In this document: positions 40,756-49,289 of the stretch, piece by piece
Layout: every line of letters begins with the position of its first letter
Position numbering within the stretch: position 1 is the stretch's first letter
Assembly (NCBI GenBank): GCA_026388015.1
Contig: JAPLKO010000047.1
Span: 108,424 to 172,423, forward strand
DNA from: Candidatus Firestoneibacteriota bacterium
GTDB lineage: Bacteria > Oederibacteriota > D2-FULL-39-29
Direction: 5' to 3'
Length of the DNA stretch: 64,000 nt
The notes under the pieces: generated by a model
Told to the model about the DNA's origin: nothing
Database searches by the model: none
Seen by the model: the letters and a program-made list of their open reading frames with translations, nothing else
Program-made: the position numbers and the translations under genes

Positions 40756-41269
40756 GTTGTTTTTGAACAGGTGCTATTTTCGCATAAAAAGAGATGTTTT
40801 CCTGCAAAATATTTTAACGGGAAGAGGTTCCGTGGTTCAAGTTTGTATGCCCTAAATTACGAAAATGTTCGCATCTCACCCCTTGGACACTAACTTATCG
40901 AAACCTTCTTCCCGCCTGACTTATTTTCAGAGAACGAAAAGGACGACATTTCTGCCGTCCGCACTATTTTGAAGACCCTTATTGGTTCTTTTGGAGCTAT
41001 CCCTGGTCTTGTGCTCAACACTGCCTTTTAGTACTTAGGCCGGAATTTGCCGGCTGACATACTTTTCATAAATAATCTTTATCTTCTTCTTCAGCTTTCT
41101 TTGCCGTTATTCTTTTCGAGGCTCCGGTATTTTGAATGGGAATAATATCAAATATTCTTAAGTTATTTGCTTTCCGGATTAAAAAAATCCGTAAAACACA
41201 TAATCATATTTTCTTGATTGTTTTTGAATATTCCTGCTACCGGCGCCATATAGTATATCTCAACTGTAA

Positions 41270-42325
41270 TTAATAATTGACATAAAGATAATATCTCAAC
41301 CTACCGCCTTGATTCAAGCCGGTCTGCTTGAATACAATGTAATGCTGCCCTGTTGTAGAGAATAGATCGGTTACGTTCACCGCTTTGGTACCTGCGACGC
41401 TATTAAGAACATGTCCTTCGGTCCCGTCACCCAGCTTAGCCAGTCCTGCTCTGCTCGCAACTGTAGAAGTAATTTCGTTGGAAATATTTTCGCCGTCTTG
41501 ATATACTTTCAAATCATTTAAATACATTTTTTGAACAGTGGAAACCGTCTGTGAAACAACACCTGTCAAACTTGAAGTATAGGTATGCGTATGACCTGCT
41601 GACGCACCGGAAGATGTGGGATTGTTTTTTGCTATTAAAAAACCATTATAATTTTTATTACCAACTTCATCTGCTCCCCAAATTCTTGTAGAAGTAGCCC
41701 ACTCGCAAACAATAGCGTGTGTATGATCTACTGTATGAGTGTGTCCATTTGACTGGTCAGAGGTCGTTCCATTATGATTGTGGCCTGCTAATTCCGTATA
41801 GTATTGCTCGTTGTATTTTTCTCCATAAAGGAAGAGTTTTATGCTTCTCGGCATTTTATCAAGGATAAAATATAGTTTTTCAGAAACATTCGCATCAACA
41901 TCTGCACGGCCGGATATAACCATTGGAGTATCAGCTCTGTTGGCATACTCAGATCTCAAGGCATATGCTACACTGGAAATTTTCTGACGCGGGGAAAGAA
42001 GCTCGCCTTCTACGGTCATTTGAATCCAATAATTACTGCTAAAATCAAGATTCGCTGAGAATGGGGAGGCTTCTGAGCCTAAAAGCACATTAAAAACTCC
42101 TTTGTTTACTGTAACCGGATAAGAGCCGCTCCATTTTTCCGAGCCTGCGGTTTCTGAGTCATAAAATGCAAATTTAATTGTTTTGACTCCTGTCACAGGG
42201 GAACCATTCTTTTCTGTCAATTTTCCGGGATAGTTTATCAAAACCGGCACATTGCAAAATATACCACCCGCTACTACTAAAATAATAATAACTGCTTTGA
42301 CCGTTTCTATCATGTACGATATCAC
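41270..42325 (-). CDS. Secreted/anchored hypothetical protein with phage-fibre-like HxH motifs
   Basis: Hydrophobic N-terminus, INYPGKLT...GVFNVLLG domain, SVAYALRSEYA linker, GHNH/GHTH/DHTH/GHTH motifs. Confidence 0.65.
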   Translation of the reverse strand: MISYMIETVKAVIIILVVAGGIFCNVPVLINYPGKLTEKNGSPVTGVKTIKFAFYDSETAGSEKWSGSYPVTVNKGVFNVLLGSEASPFSANLDFSSNYWIQMTVEGELLSPRQKISSVAYALRSEYANRADTPMVISGRADVDANVSEKLYFILDKMPRSIKLFLYGEKYNEQYYTELAGHNHNGTTSDQSNGHTHTVDHTHAIVCEWATSTRIWGADEVGNKNYNGFLIAKNNPTSSGASAGHTHTYTSSLTGVVSQTVSTVQKMYLNDLKVYQDGENISNEITSTVASRAGLAKLGDGTEGHVLNSVAGTKAVNVTDLFSTTGQHYIVFKQTGLNQGGRLRYYLYVNY

Positions 42326-42344
42326 CCCTTGTGTAGGATATTTA

Positions 42345-42373
42345 CTTATAACAAATTATTGATTTTTTGTCAA
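42345..42373 (-). promoter_or_regulatory. Possible sigma70-type promoter for the fibre-like gene
   Basis: TTGACA-N17-TATAAG with TGT extended -10. Confidence 0.45.
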
Positions 42374-42530
42374 TAAATATTTTTTTTATATTAAAATCTA
42401 ATAACACTAAAACAACTTGCGCTCAGGCTCTGCCTATAGGGGCGGGAAGGCGGGTTATTCACGTAGCATACTTTTTTCTTTTTTAAGGCCGGTTCAAGCA
42501 TGTATTTTGCAGATAGTTTCCATACAAAGA

Positions 42531-43097
42531 TTACATTGCCTTGCTATATTCTTTTTTTAGTAAACCGTAGGTGAGATAATCCTGCCATTCACCTTCTTTG
42601 AAAAACTTTTCTCTTTCTACGCCTTCAAAAATGAAACCGAATTTTCTAAGTATCCGTTCCGAAGCAGGGTTTTCGGAATAGACGTTGGCATAAATTCTAT
42701 GAAGTCCGATGGTCTCAAAGCCGAAGGAAAGAACTTCTTTTACGGCTTCGGTCATATAACCTTTTCCCCAGTACTTTTTCCCGATCCAATAGCCAAGCAT
42801 TGCGTTCTTGTTTTTATAATCAACTTTCTCCAGGGATATGACGCCAACGGCCTCCTTTTTTATTCCTTTTATTGTTATGCCAAAGGTAAACCTTTTCTTG
42901 TTTTCGAATTTTGCTATGGCCGTAAGCACAAATTTAAGCGCCAAATCCTTCGGATAGGGATATGGTACACCCGAAAGCCATCTGGAGATTTCTTTATCCC
43001 TGATGTTTGCATAGAGGCCCGGCGCATCGGTATGATTAAGCTTGCGAAGAAGCAGCCTTTTACTTTCAAGCCTTTCCGGTATTTTTTTTGACTTCAT
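42531..43097 (-). CDS. GNAT N-acetyltransferase (RimJ/RimL family)
   Basis: LGYWIGKKYWGKGYMTEA, NPASERILRKFGFIFEG. Confidence 0.92.
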   Translation of the reverse strand: MKSKKIPERLESKRLLLRKLNHTDAPGLYANIRDKEISRWLSGVPYPYPKDLALKFVLTAIAKFENKKRFTFGITIKGIKKEAVGVISLEKVDYKNKNAMLGYWIGKKYWGKGYMTEAVKEVLSFGFETIGLHRIYANVYSENPASERILRKFGFIFEGVEREKFFKEGEWQDYLTYGLLKKEYSKAM

Positions 43098-43169
43098 TTT
43101 TCTCCCAAAGACGCCGGTTTCACATTTACAAAAACCTGAGCACCGCGCTATACCCTGAATGAACTTTTG

Positions 43170-43976
43170 CTAAAGTTTTATATTTAAGAGTTTTTCCGCA
43201 TTTCTATAGTATATTTTTTCTTTTGTCTCGTTATCCAGTCCGAGGGCTTCAAGCATATCCGAGACCTGCCTGGCTCGCATCCAAGGGAAGTCGGACCCAA
43301 AGAGCATCTTATCCGAGCCGTGCTTTATTATTATTTTTTTCATAATATTCGCGCTTATCTCCGCAGAATACGAAGTATCAAAATAGACATCTTTTCCTGC
43401 AAGGATTTCGTGCACCTCCTCCCACATCTGATAAGAACCTGTATGCGCGAATATCATCTTAAGTCCGGGTATCTTTGTAACTTCAAGCAGACGCGCAGGC
43501 GTGGCATGCACTAAATCAGGGTAGGCAAAATCCACTCCGGCGTGAAAGAGTATAATAATATTATTTTTTGCGCAGGCTTCATAAATCACCTTCATAGAAG
43601 GGTCGTCCGGATAAAATGTTTGATATTCCGGATGCAATTTTATACCGCTTATTCCGTTTGCCGCAAGATATGCAATTTCTTCTGCGGGATTTCCGGTTTC
43701 CCTGTATAAAGGGTGCATCGCCCCGAAGCCAATGATATCCTTTGACGTTTTGTTAAACTCCACCATCCTCTTATTAATGCCCCGGACCTGTTCTTTTTTT
43801 GTCGCCACGGGAGCATTGACTGAAATATTTATGCCATCCAGCTTCATGTATTCTCGCATAGAGACGGCAGTACCTTCTCCCCAAACTTTAATATTTGCTT
43901 TCTCTGAAAGCATTTTTACCGTAGACGGAGCAATACTGTCAGGAAAAAAATGTGTATGTATGTCAATTATCTTCAC
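43170..43976 (-). CDS. Amidohydrolase family protein (TIM barrel)
   Basis: IDIHTH, GIKLHPEYQ, FHAG, AHTG, LFGSDFPW. Confidence 0.9.
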   Translation of the reverse strand: MKIIDIHTHFFPDSIAPSTVKMLSEKANIKVWGEGTAVSMREYMKLDGINISVNAPVATKKEQVRGINKRMVEFNKTSKDIIGFGAMHPLYRETGNPAEEIAYLAANGISGIKLHPEYQTFYPDDPSMKVIYEACAKNNIIILFHAGVDFAYPDLVHATPARLLEVTKIPGLKMIFAHTGSYQMWEEVHEILAGKDVYFDTSYSAEISANIMKKIIIKHGSDKMLFGSDFPWMRARQVSDMLEALGLDNETKEKIYYRNAEKLLNIKL

Positions 43977-44101
43977 TTAAATCTCCGGGTTTTAGGAATT
44001 AATTGCTTTTTTTAAATAAAAACAACTATAATATCTGCTTAGATTTTAACAAACATCTTCAATAATTGGAAGGCAAATTATTTGACATTATGTTAATAGT
44101 T

Positions 44102-44238
44102 CTACCGTAGAACCCCTTGTCTTTAAAAATGATAATCTGGCAGAGCAATAGCTCAAAGGTGCCGTCCGCGAGCGGAAAGAGGAACTTTCCAGGGCTGAAC
44201 GGGGTAATACGACAGGTAAAGAGGAGTAATCCGGCGGA
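44102..44238. ncRNA. Candidate structured ncRNA (rod with central bubble, 6S-like?)
   Basis: GC-rich island in AT-rich intergenic DNA with nested complementary segments found by eye; no confident family match; strand unknown. Confidence 0.4.
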
Positions 44239-44250
44239 TTTTAGCTGTTC

Positions 44251-46107
44251 TTATTTTATTGTCACATCCAGGCATTTTCTTACATTTGAATATTTCTGTT
44301 CCAGGTTCGCGATTACAAAAGAAACGGCTTCACTCACTCCGGTTTCAGCTCTCACCAGTATCTGTACGGCTTTACCTTTTTTTGACGGAAGGCTTGCAGG
44401 AATCGGACCCAATATTTCAATATTTTTATCACCTTTTTCTTCAAAACACTGTATAAACTCTATTGCCCTTGCTCCTGCCTCCTCTTCGGTTTTACCCGAG
44501 ACTATTATCTCCCCCAAACGGCAATACGGGGGATATTTTAGTGTTTTACGCATTTTAAGTTCTTCGTCTTTAAATTTTTCAACTTGGTTTTTGCGGAAAG
44601 CTTCGGCAATCCTGTTTTCTTTTTTTAAAATCTGAATATAAATATTAACCTCCGGCCTTGCGGTATCCAAAAGAGAAAGAGCGAGGTTTAACGCTTTTTC
44701 CGTAGAGTCAAACGCCGGAAGGTTCATAACATAATCAAAGCCCAGAATTCCCACAACTCCTTTTTCCATCTCCCTTATGTAAGGCAGCGCCATTTGGGTC
44801 CCCACAATAAGTTCCGTCTTTCCGTCCTTGAATCTTCTTAACGCAGCCTTTCTTTGAGAGCTTTTAATTAAAATGTCAGAATCTACTCTCTCCATAGGCA
44901 CGTATTTAAGAGTTTTTTTTATCTCTTCAGCGACTTTTTCAACGCCCAGGCCTGCGGCATATAACAGAATACCCTGACAAGACGGACATTTATCCAAAAC
45001 AGAATTCTTCCTCCCGCAATACCGGCATTGCAAGACATTATCTTTTTTGTAAATCGACATTCCGACACCGCATCTTTCGCATTTAACGGCTTCACCGCAT
45101 TCTTTACAGCGCAAAGAAGTGGAAAAACCTTTACGAGTGGCAATTAAAACACCTCTGCCTCCGTTTTTCAACGTCTCTCTAAACGCATTATCGATTTTGA
45201 AAGAGATTACTTTGTTCTTGTCATAAAACTCGACTATTTGAAGCCGCGATAAATCCGCTGATTTTTTTATTGCCGGAGGGTACCTAGACCGTGTTGACAG
45301 GGAAAGAGAATACGACCCGAGCACAACCTTCAGACCCTCAAGTTTTCCTCTTTGAATAACGGCAGCTACGGTGGAAAACCTCGGAGTCTCTTCGCTTTCA
45401 TAAGCTGAAGCGTTCTCCTCTTCTACTATAATTACAGAAAGCCCGTTTATAGGCAAAAATGCCGCTTGCCTTGTTGCAATAATTACTTTTGGCAATGGTG
45501 ACAGCATTCCGGATAGCGCCTCAAAAGCCGCGCCGTGACTGAGCCGGGAATTAAAACAAATGACTTTAATTTTCAGCCTCTCTTCCACTTGCTTTGAAAA
45601 TACTTCAATAAGGGAAGCCTCTGGGACCAGCAGCAAAACAGAGCCTTCTTCCTGTAAACTGTTTTCTATTTCCTTTAGATAATGATTAATTCTGTCAGTG
45701 AAGGGCGCTTCTGCTCCAAATATTTCATTTTTTCCAAGTGAGACCGTAAAAGAACTTTTCGGCTGCCAAACTTTCTTTCGCGTAGGAAAATATTTCAGTT
45801 TTTCAGGGTAGAGAGCGTGTAATGTTAAGCCCAAAGAGGCGCAGCATTCTCCGGAAATCCATTTGGCAAGCGAAAACAATGAAGAGTTTATGACAGGGAA
45901 TGGATCATAAAGCTCTTTGATCTGTTTTAGACCTTTAACCGTGCTTTCCTTTGGAAAAGACACCACAAAGCCGACTGTTTGACGAAAACCTAAAGGAACA
46001 ATGACTCTTTGAAACAAGGTAAGCCGGTCAACAAGGTTTTCAGGAACTATATAATGAAAAGTTTTCCCCGAAGGGACATTAATTGCTACTTCCGCATAGA
46101 CGGTCAT
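44251..46107 (-). CDS. priA: Primosomal protein N' (PriA), short and with degenerate helicase motifs
   Basis: N-terminal 3'-binding domain (RVIVPLG), four CxxC motifs, LKYPPY, ILGPIPA; in the gmk-rpoZ neighbourhood. Confidence 0.85.
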   Translation of the reverse strand: MTVYAEVAINVPSGKTFHYIVPENLVDRLTLFQRVIVPLGFRQTVGFVVSFPKESTVKGLKQIKELYDPFPVINSSLFSLAKWISGECCASLGLTLHALYPEKLKYFPTRKKVWQPKSSFTVSLGKNEIFGAEAPFTDRINHYLKEIENSLQEEGSVLLLVPEASLIEVFSKQVEERLKIKVICFNSRLSHGAAFEALSGMLSPLPKVIIATRQAAFLPINGLSVIIVEEENASAYESEETPRFSTVAAVIQRGKLEGLKVVLGSYSLSLSTRSRYPPAIKKSADLSRLQIVEFYDKNKVISFKIDNAFRETLKNGGRGVLIATRKGFSTSLRCKECGEAVKCERCGVGMSIYKKDNVLQCRYCGRKNSVLDKCPSCQGILLYAAGLGVEKVAEEIKKTLKYVPMERVDSDILIKSSQRKAALRRFKDGKTELIVGTQMALPYIREMEKGVVGILGFDYVMNLPAFDSTEKALNLALSLLDTARPEVNIYIQILKKENRIAEAFRKNQVEKFKDEELKMRKTLKYPPYCRLGEIIVSGKTEEEAGARAIEFIQCFEEKGDKNIEILGPIPASLPSKKGKAVQILVRAETGVSEAVSFVIANLEQKYSNVRKCLDVTIK

Positions 46108-46810
46108 ATTCTTTCCTTAGGAATTTTACATCTTTCCATACATCCACTTTATAAGCAGGATTCCTAAGACAGGCCGACGGATGAAAAGTTGCCACTACTT
46201 CTATTCCGTTCCAGTCGAGCGCCCTGCCTCGAAGCTTGGTAATTCCTTCTTTTGTATTTAGGAGGGTCTGGGTTGACGGGTTTCCCAAAGTGCAAATAAT
46301 TTTTGGTTTTAACAGTTTTATTTGTTCATACAAATACGGAATGCATTTTTCTATTTCTTCCGGTTCCGGCTGGCGATTATTGGGAGGTCTGCATTTGATG
46401 ATATTTAGAATGAAGACTTCTTCTCTTTTAAAACCTATAGACTCTATAATTTTTGTAAGCAGCTGCCCGGAGCGCCCGACAAAAGGCTTTCCTTGTTCAT
46501 CCTCATCTGCGCCGGGAGCCTCTCCGATAAAAACCAGTTTCGCATCAGGATCCCCTTCCCCAAAGACAAAATTTTGACGGGTCTTTCCGAGACCACATTT
46601 CATGCATCCTCTTATCTTATCTTTGTAGGCCTCAAGCGCCTTACTGCTGTTTGTTTTCAAGGTTGACACTGCTCCTGCTTTTCCTTTTGGCGCCTTCAAA
46701 TCTTCTCTAAAATAAACAAACCCTTCTTCCAAAGACTGCTTAGCTTCTTCTTGAAGGGCTTTAACCACCTCGGAAATACTGTTACTTGGATTTCTTTTTT
46801 GCTTCAACAT
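46079..46810 (-). CDS. Uracil-DNA glycosylase, family 4 (Fe-S)
   Basis: CMKCGL, FIGEAPG, PFVGRSG, KCRPPNNR, TFHPS. Confidence 0.93.
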   Translation of the reverse strand: MLKQKRNPSNSISEVVKALQEEAKQSLEEGFVYFREDLKAPKGKAGAVSTLKTNSSKALEAYKDKIRGCMKCGLGKTRQNFVFGEGDPDAKLVFIGEAPGADEDEQGKPFVGRSGQLLTKIIESIGFKREEVFILNIIKCRPPNNRQPEPEEIEKCIPYLYEQIKLLKPKIICTLGNPSTQTLLNTKEGITKLRGRALDWNGIEVVATFHPSACLRNPAYKVDVWKDVKFLRKEYDRLCGSSN

Positions 46811-46985
46811 ACTTGACTTTGTGATTCAAAACTTCTTCCAGCGCCTGAAAAGAGACTTTGGCAAAGGATTTCTTGTCGTCGTTTTCTTTTTCATTTATTA
46901 CTCTAGCCCGAAGCGCAGCAACCACAGAAACTCTGAATTTGTTCGTCTCTTTATCCAGTTTTTTTTCCAGCGAGAAAGTACTCAT
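46782..46985 (-). CDS. rpoZ: RNA polymerase omega subunit
   Basis: NKFxxxVVAAxRARxI...ALEEV pattern; follows gmk. Confidence 0.8.
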   Translation of the reverse strand: MSTFSLEKKLDKETNKFRVSVVAALRARVINEKENDDKKSFAKVSFQALEEVLNHKVKYVEAKKKSK

Positions 46986-47070
46986 TTAGACCCTCCATAT
47001 AACTTTTTTTATGAAAAGATATTATACCAGATAAATATCGCATGTACTACTTTTTTCTTATAAAGACTTG

Positions 47071-47715
47071 TTACTTAATAATAAGCTGTCTTTTTGCCAG
47101 GATTATGCTTTCAACTATCTTTACTGTTTCTTTTAGACTGTCATTTACAATCAAATAATCATATTGGCTAAGGTATTTTAGCTCTTTTACTGCAGTATTA
47201 AGCCGCACTTTGATCTGCGCCGCAGTTTCACTGCCTCTTTTTTCTAAACGTTTCTTCATTACTGCCAGTGAAGGAGGAAGAAGAAATATTAGTAATGCAT
47301 TTTTGAATTTTTTTCTGAGGGCTGCTCCGCCCTTAACGTCTATTGTCAGGATTATGGCCTTTTTTTCAGCCATCTGTTTTTCTATATATTTTTTGGGAGT
47401 ACCATAATAACTTTCATGCACTTTTTCCCACTCTAAGAAGCGGCCTTTCTTCACTAATTTCGGAAATTTCTCTCCTACAAAAAAATAATCCCTGCCTTCC
47501 TTCTCTCCTTTTCTGGGGCTTCTCGAGGTGGCAGAGATAGAATTTACAATTGAGCCGTTGCTCCTGCGCACCAATTCCCGGCAAACCGTTGTCTTGCCGA
47601 CTGCGGTTGGAGATGAAATTACGACCAAAAGGCCCCGGTTTTCCAAGTGTTTTTTAACCGCAGAATTGAAGACTTTATTATTCAACATTTTGAACCTGCT
47701 CCCTGATCTTTTCAA
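47071..47715 (-). CDS. gmk: Guanylate kinase
   Basis: SSPTAVGKTT, SATSRSPRKGEKEGRDYFF, YYGTP; start may be the second Met. Confidence 0.95.
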   Translation of the reverse strand: MKRSGSRFKMLNNKVFNSAVKKHLENRGLLVVISSPTAVGKTTVCRELVRRSNGSIVNSISATSRSPRKGEKEGRDYFFVGEKFPKLVKKGRFLEWEKVHESYYGTPKKYIEKQMAEKKAIILTIDVKGGAALRKKFKNALLIFLLPPSLAVMKKRLEKRGSETAAQIKVRLNTAVKELKYLSQYDYLIVNDSLKETVKIVESIILAKRQLIIK

Positions 47716-48541
47716 GCTCTTCCTTGAAGGAAACGACCATATGCGAAACTGCGCTATTACTGCATTTACTGCCTATAGTGTTAATCTCTCTTAAAAACTC
47801 CTGAACAAGAAAATCCAGCTTGCGGCCCTTGGTGCCTTTGGAATTTATTATATGATAGAACTCGTTAATATGGCTCTTAATTCTGGTAATCTCTTCGGAA
47901 ATATCACTCTTCTCCACCATAAGGGAAACCTCGGTGTAAACCCGGCCTTGATCCATCTTAATATCTTTATAATTGTTTTTTACCTTATCTTCAATGCGCT
48001 TTTTATTGTCGCCCTTGGCTTTATGATTGGTTTTTTCTATACCCTCAAGAAGTTTCTTCAACGTATTAATTCTTGCGATAAAATCTTTTTTAATCCTTCC
48101 TCCTTCGCGCTCCCTTGCTTTAATAAACATCAAAAGGGCCTTTTCAAGGGCTTCTTTTATCTGTTCCCAGCCCACCTGCTTTTCTTCATAAACTCTAAAT
48201 ATCTCGGGAAGCCGGAGAACATCGGCTATTGTTATTTCTCCCTTTATGTTAAGGTTTTTTTTCAACTCAGCGACAGACCTTAAATATTCTTTTGCAAGAT
48301 GGTGATTAATAGAAACTCTCTGATTTTTATAGCCCTCAAGTATAATGACGGCAACATCTATTCTACCGCGGTCCAGCTCTTTCCTTAAAAGCTCTTTAAT
48401 GCGTTCCTGAAACTGCAGGAGTTGTGATGACATTCTGTAATTTATATCAAAATATTTGTGGTTGACGGAACTTATCTCGACAGCATATTTTATATTGCCC
48501 GACTCGTTCTTGCCCCGGCCAAACCCTGTCATACTTTTCAT
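47678..48541 (-). CDS. yicC: YicC/YloC family endoribonuclease
   Basis: MKSMTGFG, SVNH, GRKLDFLVQEFLREINTIGSK, REQVQNVE. Confidence 0.94.
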   Translation of the reverse strand: MKSMTGFGRGKNESGNIKYAVEISSVNHKYFDINYRMSSQLLQFQERIKELLRKELDRGRIDVAVIILEGYKNQRVSINHHLAKEYLRSVAELKKNLNIKGEITIADVLRLPEIFRVYEEKQVGWEQIKEALEKALLMFIKAREREGGRIKKDFIARINTLKKLLEGIEKTNHKAKGDNKKRIEDKVKNNYKDIKMDQGRVYTEVSLMVEKSDISEEITRIKSHINEFYHIINSKGTKGRKLDFLVQEFLREINTIGSKCSNSAVSHMVVSFKEELEKIREQVQNVE

Positions 48542-48620
48542 AGTGTCGCTCCTGAGGTAGATTTCGCTTATACATTTCTTTTGAATTTACAAACTGTTTC
48601 ACGTTGCCTGTTGCTTTTTT

Positions 48621-49289
48621 CTATTTAACTATTGCAAGCACTAAAGCCAGGACGGCAACTCCGGAAGTCACTACCCCGAGATACTCCCACGAGATAATCC
48701 CCTCTGTCTGCCGGCCGGATTCTCTTGCCTTTATTTCATTTATTACTCTTTTTAATTCGATAGTGTCGGCAATATTGGAATCAATATTTGCTTTCAATAT
48801 TGAGAGCACTTCTTTAAGCGCTTTTATTTCGTCTGACTTTACCTTGATGTCGTCCTGGGATATTTCTAATTTTACTTTACAGGAATCGGAAAGCACCTTT
48901 AGAGAATCTAATATAAAACTGTCGTTCTCTGACTTTTTATTAAGAGCCGCAAACTCTTCTTTGACAGTCTCCAGGCTTAGATTGATTTTATCAAGACCCT
49001 TATCCGTTGAGGCAAGCATGTTTCTGTGATTTTCAACTACGGTATTTAAAGCCTTTAAAGCTGCCTGAAGCTCCAGATTGGACTTGCCAAGTTCGTCAAG
49101 TTTTTTTTGAGCGGCCTTAAGTTTTTCAATTTCTTTGCCTTGGGCCTCAAGTTGCGGTTTTAGATCTCCCGGTACAGTAACTGCAAGGGAGCCGTTAGAG
49201 GTTGCAGAAGTTGACGACACAACAATTGAATCCTCGGCCCCGGCGCAGCAGTAAAAAATAACTATTGCGCTTATTATCCTAATAACCAT
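48621..49289 (-). CDS. Hypothetical coiled-coil protein with signal peptide and C-terminal TM
   Basis: Heptad-rich middle, hydrophobic termini; overlaps the nuoN stop. Confidence 0.65.
   Translation of the reverse strand: MVIRIISAIVIFYCCAGAEDSIVVSSTSATSNGSLAVTVPGDLKPQLEAQGKEIEKLKAAQKKLDELGKSNLELQAALKALNTVVENHRNMLASTDKGLDKINLSLETVKEEFAALNKKSENDSFILDSLKVLSDSCKVKLEISQDDIKVKSDEIKALKEVLSILKANIDSNIADTIELKRVINEIKARESGRQTEGIISWEYLGVVTSGVAVLALVLAIVK

Noticed and set aside
44150-44215. Resemblance to RNase P (GAGGAA..TCC.GGGCT), cobalamin (AGGTGCC...AAGAGGAA) or TPP (CTGAAC.GGGTAATAC) motifs
   Set aside because: Each match is only a fragment; the other required conserved elements and the expected lengths are missing.
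44117-44635. 172-aa plus-strand ORF spanning the ncRNA candidate
   Set aside because: Mostly antisense to priA, TTG start without RBS, no recognisable domain.
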